From a virus (taxonomy: Duplodnaviria; Caudoviricetes): a DNA stretch of 64,000 bases. Position 1 is the first letter of the stretch. Every line of letters starts with the position of its first letter. Position numbers and translations under genes: made by a program. The stretch lies in the IMG/VR virus record IMGVR_UViG_3300020079_000007, positions 96,001 through 160,000 of that record. The stretch is one strand, 5' to 3'. Below the pieces are notes generated by a model. That model was not told the origin of the DNA, made no database searches, and saw only the letters and a list, made by a program, of their open reading frames with translations. Below, in pieces: positions 47,326-57,400 of this stretch.

Positions 47326-47422
47326 TGATAATTCCCCTTAAATTATTGATGTTTAGAGAGTTATAAAAATTGGCGTTTTTATAGCTCTCGATTTTAATTA
47401 GTATAAAATGGAGTGTTAAACT

Positions 47423-47881
47423 ATGAAAGAAAGTAAGCTTTTCCAAAAGCCAATGACTATATTTCAGAGCACAGTTAATGACATTGTTAAAGATAACCCA
47501 GTAAACGATCTTATCAAAGACTTAATAAAACTTAATATGCTAAAGAATTCCGAGAAAGACGATAAGCAACTTGTGTTAGTTGAATTATATAATCTTTTGG
47601 GAACTGAAAAGTTTATGGAAGTAATTGAACTCCTTAGTGGAAAAACAGTTAAGTTCCCAACGAAGTCCGACTTCAAAGAAACAATTCAGATAGCGTTATG
47701 TTATTATTTAAGACAGTATAGAGATTTATCGTGGGACGAAATAAAAGAGGTTATCCAAGACGACGAATTAAGTTCTGTAAAGCTTGGAGTTAGGGTTCAA
47801 CAGTTGCAAAGATTTATTGAACACTACAATGAAAATCGTATCAAAAAGGAGATTCTTGAAAATGGACGAAGAGTTGACTAA
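47423..47881 (+). CDS. Mor/C-like transcription regulator
   Basis: LYNLLGTEKFMEVIELLSGKTVKFP followed by an HTH-like C-terminus. Confidence 0.45.
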   Translation: MKESKLFQKPMTIFQSTVNDIVKDNPVNDLIKDLIKLNMLKNSEKDDKQLVLVELYNLLGTEKFMEVIELLSGKTVKFPTKSDFKETIQIALCYYLRQYRDLSWDEIKEVIQDDELSSVKLGVRVQQLQRFIEHYNENRIKKEILENGRRVD

Positions 47882-48458
47882 AGAAGAAGCAGATAAAAAC
47901 ATTGCGATTCTTCAAGAGATGAATGACCTTGCAAAGACAAACTCAAAAAATGTTCAGCAAGCTCGTATGAATGAAGCTCCTGTAAGAGATGTTGAGTCTT
48001 CACTTGCATCTTTCACAAAACATACATTTAACATTATCAGTGAAGAATACGACTTTCAAAAAGATATTGAAAAAGAGATAAGAGCTCGACTTCAATTATC
48101 AGAAAAGAATGGCGGCTTCTCATCAAAAGAGTTGATTGCATTACATACAAACAACTTTGTTAATCTTAATGACCGTGTATCAAAAGTATTGGGACCAACA
48201 TTCCAACTTATGACTTCGGAGATAAATGCTGATATTGCTGCAAGAGCACAAATGGAAAAACAGCAACAGGCTCAGGTAAACATTTCAATTGGACAGAATG
48301 CAGAAAGTGCAAAGAACTTAAATGAGAACTGTGGTTCAAAAGATGAAGCACAGGCAATTCTTCAAGGTATGTTCCAATTACAAAATCTCTTGCAAGGATT
48401 AGGTGTTAAGACACCTGCAGAGCAAAAAGCTGAAGCGCTCCAAAATCAAACTAATTAA
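47862..48458 (+). CDS. Hypothetical helical protein
   Basis: Start re-called at ATG 47862 after AGGAG. Confidence 0.6.
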   Translation: MDEELTKEEADKNIAILQEMNDLAKTNSKNVQQARMNEAPVRDVESSLASFTKHTFNIISEEYDFQKDIEKEIRARLQLSEKNGGFSSKELIALHTNNFVNLNDRVSKVLGPTFQLMTSEINADIAARAQMEKQQQAQVNISIGQNAESAKNLNENCGSKDEAQAILQGMFQLQNLLQGLGVKTPAEQKAEALQNQTN

Positions 48459-48476
48459 AAATAAATTGAGGTTAGA

Positions 48477-51400
48477 ATGTACACAAGCAACTCAGAATTT
48501 GATTTAGAAACAAGAGTTCAAATCACTAACGAAGTACCTGCTGTAAGAACTTTCCAGCAGATGCATCATTCATTACAAAATGAAACTTGGAAATGGCTTA
48601 TCGGAACAGAAGATGTAGATTACGACTTACCTGTAGGTGGTAAATACATTGAAGGCGTTGATGCTGACGGTAACCCAGAAACAAGAGAGCTTATCGCACC
48701 ACCTGTTAAAATTGTAAATGGAAAACAGGCAGCTTCTTACGGCCCAAGTAAAAGTGAAAAATGGAATCCTGATACTGAATCTTATGAAGAGTATGTTCCA
48801 AAATTTCATAGAACAGAAATCAAAGGTACACTTACCGTTGAGCAGGACTTGTTCTTACACGAAATTTATCGTTACCTCAATTGCATTTACCCAGATCATC
48901 CTGATTGGTTGAACTTGCTTACAAGAAACGAAGTTCTTGATGCTTTCAACAATGCTGCTGCAATGGTTGATTATAAACCTAATAACGAGTTCTTCAAACT
49001 TGTTGCAGACTCTATCGGCGACGTTGATGGCTCAGAAGAGTTTAAGCTCAACCTTCGTAACTTGACATCAAATGCTGCAAGAAGAAAGTTCTTTGGTTCA
49101 ACATTGGGCTATCGTATGACAGGACACGATGCATACGAAGACATTATGGTATTCCCAATTGGAAAGAACTTGACAATTGCTCCAATGATGGGTACTGACT
49201 CAGGCGAAACAAATTCAAACGGTGAAGTACTTTACAAGCCAAGTGATATTCCTGTAAAGAATTACATCATTGATACTTTTGATGAGCGCTATCAAACATT
49301 GTTCCGTCGTATTGACTTCAACGGTGATAGCCGTGATACATCATTCGTATCATCAAATTCTGTTATACTTCCTGCTTATACACTTCCTGGGTATGAGGAC
49401 TTTGTATTTGAGTTTGTTTCTTCAAAAGATGGCTACTCAACTTTACAAGACCACAAAATATATAAAGAAAATGATTTCTCATTCTTCACAAATCATAATG
49501 AAGACATCGTAGGTTCGATTGCAAACTTAAAACAATATAATGTTATTGAGCCAAAAATTACAACAGTTGATGACAAGAACTATGTTGAGTATGTTTCTTC
49601 TGATGATAAAGTTTATGGATTCCAATTGTCTGTTTTATCAAAACCTTCATACTTGAAACTTTATAAGTATAAAACAATTGATGAACTTGAACAGTTCCAA
49701 AAAGACCATAATCTCGACACAACAAACATTAAAAACTGGGATATGGCTTTCGGGGCAGACGGAAAAGCAAACCGCACAAAAGCATTCTTCTCAGAATACT
49801 TAAGACCTTTATTCCACTACTGTGCTGGATTTGATGCTCTTAAAGGATATGAATCCCTCAGAGATACAGTTGACTACGCATACAACTCATTCGTAAAAAA
49901 TACAATCGTTCTTCCTCCTGAAGAAATGATTAAACTTTATGGTGAAACAGAATTTGATGAAGGCGTTACAGTAAACAAAGTATCACCTGAATTGATTGGC
50001 ACATCACTTGAGAAAGGTGACTTCATATCTTTCGATGATGCTTCAATGAAGAGTACAACAACTTATGAAGTTGTAGGCGCTTCTTGGGGTGTTCTTGAAG
50101 CAACATTCCACCACGATAAAAACATTTCAGATTATCTCGCAATCAAAAATTATTCACCTTTCGATGAATTAAACGATACAGTTGTATCAGATGATAATTC
50201 TGCAGTCGTTGTTCAGAACAGAGATGGCGATTATATCGTATTACACGGTTCATTGAGATGTTTCTGGAAAACAATGTCTCAAGGGCCTTTCACAGCTTCA
50301 TATCTTGACTCAATCAAATTTGTAGTTAAAGCTATCCCAGAAACAAAGTCAGAACAATTGTTCCGTACTATTTATGGTGATGACAGCTTTAAGTTGATTG
50401 ATGAAATCAATGAAGAGATCTTGCAGTATGATAGAGATATGGCAAGAGCTCGTGCTTTAATAAAACAAGTTGAAAATACTCTTACTGATACACCTCTTGA
50501 AACATATGAAGAGTTGTCTGTAAAAGAAACACTCACTGCAGAAGAACAAGAAGCCCTTGATGCTGCAATTGCAAAACTTGAAGAGTTTGCATATTCTTAT
50601 TGGTCTGATTACAAAGCTGCTGAAGAAAAAGTAAAAGATGCAACTGAAGACCTTGTAAAAGCAAATACAGAACTTGCTCGTCTTAGAAAGAATAAAGAGC
50701 TTCTCTTAAAAGATGGCGTTATATCTTTTGGCTATGATAGCAAAGTTGTATTCTTGGGACAGGTTGGTGACCAAGGCATTTATGGTAAATATCAATTTTT
50801 ATTAGACTTTGGACTTGTTGAGAGCTTCAATCTTGGTAATGTTTCAGTATTGCCTATTGACCCAATGAACGGTGCAATCCCAATGGAAAGAAACTATGTA
50901 AATGGTGACTTTGAAAAAACTTACTATCTTGCACAAGTTGACCAAAGCAAGTTGATTAAAGACACATCACAGATTGGACAACTTTACAGCAACATTCTTG
51001 ATGATGATAGAGCTCTTGCATTTAAGTCAACAATAAAGTTTGAAGTATATAATGAAAAGACATACACTGTAACTGCACAGGTATTTGTTGATAAGAAAGC
51101 AAATCAGGTAACCCACGAAATGCAGTTCTTGACTGACATGCAAAGGAAAAAGTTTGAGTCTATCAGTGTAGGTTCAAAAGTTCGTGGCCCAGGTATTGGT
51201 AACGCTTATGTTGTATCTTTAGGAAACAATTCATTAACATTGAACACATCAATTCCTAAAGGCGGCTACTTGACATATCATTTTGAATGCCCAGTAACAA
51301 CAACACCTAACGAGATTAAAGATGACCCATTCAATTACAAAAGAGTAATGAATGACTTGGGTATTTATGATAAAGTTTCTTTCTTTGACCACGGTGTATA

Positions 51401-54400
51401 TGGCACAAAAGAATGGCCTAATGTTTCAGCCGTTGTATTTGATGGTGACTTAAGAGATAAACAGATTCTCAACCCTAAGACTTTCCGTCAAGTAGTTAAA
51501 TACCTTTATGGTGATAAACTTTCAGATAACCCTGCAGAGTACTTAACGCCTTCAATTGCAAAATACACAAGAGATGTATTCGTTGATATTAAGGCTGATA
51601 AGTTGATTAGTTCAAAGAACTACAACGGACATACAGAAAACTTGATGAATGTTGATTGGCTTGACTACATTCAAAATAATAATGAGCTCCCTCTTGCAAA
51701 AGAAAATGTAAATGTTGGTGCAAACGTTATCTTGAACACTGACTTGTCAGGTTATGCATCTTTGATTAAAAATGCAAATTACACAGATGAAAAGTTGAAG
51801 ACATTGTTCCAAACAAATAACTGGGATGATACAACAATTCCTGCTTATGTTCAGATTGGTACTGGCGGTAAGAATTATAAGTCTTACTTCAAGTTGATGT
51901 CGGATATTTTCTATCCTAACGTTTATGGCGCAACATTCTGGGATCATCAGATTGAGCCAATTTTAGGTGGTAACCCTGAAGACACAATTGATGATTGGAG
52001 AACAGTCGGTGAAATAAAGTTGAAGAAAAGATCAACTTATTCAAAAGTAAATACTTTGGCTGATGCTTCTTCAGTATATCACACATACGAAAACATTGAC
52101 AACCCAATATTTGAAATTCCTCTTAATGAATACAACATTCAGTTGAAGACTTTCCAAAATGGTAAGACTTATACAATCATTGATGCTTTGTTCTATGAAC
52201 AGGGATTTAAGAACATCACAAAGAAGAATGAGTTGAAGATTTCAAAAGCTTCTGAATTGTACTCAAACTTCATTGACGCATATCCTATCGTATCAGACCT
52301 TAAAGATTCTATCGCTGACGGTATTCAGTATTATTATTTTGCAGATGGTTCAAAGTACGGTGAAAAGAAAGCCGACCTTTGGTTCACAAAGAAAACTACT
52401 GCAGAAGGTACAACACAAGATAAAGTTGATAGAGAGTCAAGAGAATTCAACAGATACACAAGATACGACATTTATAACGGCGGTGTTTTTGGTTCTCAAT
52501 TGTATCACTTTAATACAATTTTCTATGACATCTTAGGTGCAGGACTTTTCTCAGATGTTAACTACCTTAAACTTTATAATGATGGCGTTCTTGCCGACGA
52601 TAAAGATACTCGTATTGCAAACTTCTTAGGTTTGTCTCATAATGAAATCTTAAGACGTCTCTTGATGCTTAAGGCTTTCTATAACAGCAACAGTTCAAAC
52701 ATTGATAAAGCACTTAAGTATAAAGCATACATCATTCGTAATGTTCAAGTATTCAATTCTGTTGAAGAAGCTAAGGCAGCTATCGACAATGAAAAACTTG
52801 GCATTAAAAGTAAAAATGTTACAGAGTATTCTATCGACGATAAGAAAAATGGTAAATATGCCATTACAGGTGATGGCACAGAATATATCGTTGATAGTAA
52901 TTGGAATGAAACATTTGAAGATAAGTTGATTTTGTTCTCTTACATAAAAGGTGCTTGGGACACAAAAGATGATAAGCCTGCATCAGAAACAGATCAGACA
53001 ACAAACAACTATGAAAGCAACAGTGAGCTTGATAAAGAGCTTCCTGATTTCTTTGGCCTTAAGTCATATGATACACTTGGTATTTTCTGGAATGGAACTT
53101 CTGCTGAACTTATCAATGTTCACAAGAACTACACAATTTGTACTACTGACGCAATCAAGCCTCTTCCTCTTATTACAAAAACAGAAGAGAACTTATATTA
53201 CGGATATTTCAATCGCCCAATCTTTACAGTATACAGCAAATTGCGTATCACTGCTAAGCAAGATAAATCTGCAAGTTCAGGTGAAGGACAGTGGCTTGCC
53301 ATAAGTCACGATTTAAGTAATTGGAATATGGACTTGGGTAATTCATTTATCAATTACTCATACATCATTTTCAACATCATTAAGTTGCCTAGAAAGTATA
53401 TCGCAAACGGTTCTTATGACATCAACTTATTTATGGACCCACAATTCATTGGTAGAGGTTATAAGTTTGATGATTATATCAACGGCAATAAGAATAATGA
53501 AATTGATTTTAACATTTCACAGTCAGCTATCAGATACGATAGAGACCATAACACATTCTATACAATCGCAGCTCCTGTTGTAAAAAATGCAGATGGTAAT
53601 GAATCATTCGCATCAGAGAATGAAAAGATTGCAATCAAGTTTGAGGAACAGAAGTATTTCAAAGATTTGAAGTTCTTGTTCGGTTCATATCAAACAAGCA
53701 ATACACAGTTTGAAGGTTCAACTGATATTACAAAAGAAGCTTATATAAAAGGCGTTGCTTTGCAGCCTTTCAGTATCTCTGACCTTTCAACATCTGATAA
53801 GTTTGTATCTATCCAAGAAGTTGACCTTCGTTCAATTTATACACCTCTTTTGAACTCAAGAGTATTTGAAGGCACAAGACAATTCTCAGGTGAAGTTTAT
53901 GGTGTTACTGATAAAGGTGAATATTTCGTATCAGGAAAAAGAACACAGCCTTTCTCAAGAATATATGACAAAGATGTTACAACAACATTGAATGATATTC
54001 TTCCTTGCCGCATTGATACTGACGGTAACATTATTAAGTTGCCTGAGTATGATAATGTAGGTGTAAACTTTGATGATCCAAACACAAATCTTGTTGCTCC
54101 TACATATGAAAATGTATCACTCAGAAAATCAATTGACCCAAGATATATTGTTTCAGATGTACCTGAGTTTAAGTATTATAAGAACCTCTTGGTATTTGAA
54201 GGTCTTATCAATCTTAAGAAGCCTAATGCAATCGAAGCTCCTGTAGAAGACCCATCAACATTCAACCTTGTTCTTCAAATGTTGAATGGCGGAGACACAG
54301 TTGAAGGTGCAGTTTGCCTTTCAGGTGGTTCTTACGCAACACATACAATTACAACAAACATTGAAGAAAAAGCATTGTTTGTTGCTGTAAACGGAAGTGA

Positions 54401-57400
54401 TGTTCAAGTTATAACTACATCAGGTGTTTGGAAGAATGATGAGCCTATCAACTTCGATGCAGTAAATAATGCAACATTCAGCAAAGTTGAAGGTATTCCT
54501 GAGCTTGAAGGAACAGTTACAAATGTTATCTGGGATGAGGACCTCAACTCATTTGTTGCAACTCTCGGAAGAAGTCCTTCAATTGGACCTAATGAAACAG
54601 ATGACTTTGGTCTTATGTATTACAAATCATCTGTGGCAGTTCAGTTAACTCCTGTACCTGCAGGTGAAAAACCTATTGAAGTTTACGCATCATTGTTTGA
54701 TACAAACATTGAGAATTGCTTCAGACAAAGAGAAGATGGTATTTATATTTGGAACGACCTTTCTCACGGTCTTCCTGTAGGAAAGATTACTGATGGCGAC
54801 AACATAATTGAGACTGAATTGGTAAATCCTAACGATGTTGCATTCCGTATTTACAGAACAAATCCTAATGCTGAAAATACTGCAGGCAAGGAAAAAGAGA
54901 TTTACGGTACAGGTGATTTAGGTAACGGAACTCACCTTGTAATGAAAGAAGGTCCTTATATCCCAAGAATACCTGAAGAAGGTGAATTGCTTCATAGATC
55001 TTTGTTCTCAACTGATGATATTGATATTGCTCTTATGGAAGAGTACATCTTTATCAAGTCAAAGAACTACCTTGTTGATAGTGAAAACAATTATACTCGT
55101 ACTCTTTCAACAAACAGACACTGGAAAGCTACAAAGTTGCCTGAGATTTTGGATAACACAGAACTTTTCTTGAAGTCACATACTCTTACAGGTTCAAATT
55201 CTGTTTACGAATATGTTAAGAAAGTTTACAATACATTTGCAAGTTGGGCTTTCCAAGATGACGCTATAATTGAAGGTGAAACTGAGGGTGAGGTAACACT
55301 TGCAGGACTTAGCCTTGATAAAGCATATAAGAGAGAAGACGTTGAATACTTCAGAAATGCAGTTAAGGATTATATGGAAAATAAGTTCCTTGACTACAAT
55401 GCATTCAAAGCAAAATGTAAATACTATGATGAGAACGGTGTAGTTGAAAGCATTGAGGCAGAAGGCGTTACAATCCCAGTTGACTCTTCAAATTATACAA
55501 GTCTTGATACTGCAATTGTTAAAGTTGAGTGTGACACAGGTCTTCCTTTGGACGAAAACTTCAGAATTGATACTGATAAGAGCTACAAGATTTCAGGCAC
55601 AACACTTGACTTTGTAATTCAGTCAAAAGTTGCTCAGAACTATGTCAACTTTGATGAAATGTATTATCAGTATGCAACGATTGTAATGAAGTATCTCATC
55701 GGTGAAGTTGAGTCTGAAAACTTTGGTACAACTTGTATCACAGATGTTAAGTCTTCAGGTAACAGATTCTTCTTTAAGACATTTAATGATGACTTCTTCT
55801 ACATTGATAAAGACAAACTTTATAAGTACAAAGACTTCAGCAATATGATAAACTGGAATGTTGCTTTAATGCCTGCAGGAACTTATTTGAGAGGCTCTTA
55901 CGCAAAGACAATAAACAACTTCCACACAGTAACAGTTAAAGGCTCGAACGGTGATGATGTTGTTATCCCAGTAAGTGCAAAGACAATGCCTATTAAGTTC
56001 TTCCGCCTTAAAACAGATATGTATGTATCTCCTGATGGAAAACATATCTTCTTCGGTGGTTGCACAGTTCCTTTCCCAGAAATCAAAAAGGCAGTTTACT
56101 TGGCAGGCGGAGATGACAGCGACTTTATAGAGAACAGATTATTACAAGCAAACCTTAAGTCTTGGATGAACGATGAAGAGAACACAGGTACTGCACCTAT
56201 GGTTTTATATTCAGACGATGCAGGAAAGACTTTCAAGATTCTTCCTATTAAGCAGTTTGTTGATAACAGCTTATTCTCAAATGACAACTTTGAAGTTGCT
56301 TCATTCAAAGAATACGATGATAAGTTGCTTGCTTTCGTTAAGAAAACAAATGGCGGCTTTGAGTCAAGTCAGATTGTAATTTCATTCAACACTGCTACAG
56401 GTGATGTTGATACAGAGTCAACTGTTTACCAAGCAATGTCAATCGCTGATAACGGTAAGTTACATACAACTCCTGCAGGAGACGGTACTCTTACTTGGTC
56501 AGACGGCGCACTCGGATTTGGTATTGACATTGATGCATCAGAAATGAATGGCTCAGGTACATTAAACTTTGACTGGACAGGTGCCAACTCATTGACAATT
56601 CCAACAGGCCTTGCAGTTAAGAGCGCAACATCAAACGCAGTTCTTTTGAATAAAGGCTTTGCTTCAGGTGATATTCCTTCAGGTAAGTTGAGAGCATTGT
56701 TCGCAATCTCAACAAAAATGGATATTCCTCAGCAAGTTCAGTTCTTGTCATCAGACCCATTAAAGTTGAATGAATATAAGAACCGCACAACAGGACTCTT
56801 TAAGGTTCCTACAACAAAGCCTGTTCAGAATGAAGCTTTGGCCGACCGTATTTATTCACCAAGATACTTGAGTGCAATTGATACTCAAGATAAGGACATC
56901 ATCGGATTCCCTAGAGTTGATGAAGATGTAAGCCATACATATTATGAATATGACATTGATGAGAACGGAAAGATTGGTGATGTTAAGCCTCTTAAGAACA
57001 CATTTGGTAATGAAATCAAATTGTGTACAGAAGACGGCAGCAAATATGTATTTGATAATGTAGATGTTTCTGAAGGAACAACTGTTACTCCTTCAATGCC
57101 TCAGTCATTGGAAGATATGATTGATGCAAACATTGATGTTATGTTTGCAAAAACAGCAGGTAAGAATAAAGTATCTGCTAAGTCTGCATTATCAAACATC
57201 TCAACAATGGACATTGATAATGAGTTAACATTCAAGAAGAACGAGAATGGTGACGCATATACAGATGAACATTATTCTTATACACTTAGAGCATTTGATA
57301 TAAACAACAATAGTGCGCTCATTAAGCCTGAGTACAATCCTCTTGAGATTGCCGACATCTTGTCTTGTAAAGTTGACTTTACAACAGATGAAGAAACAAC

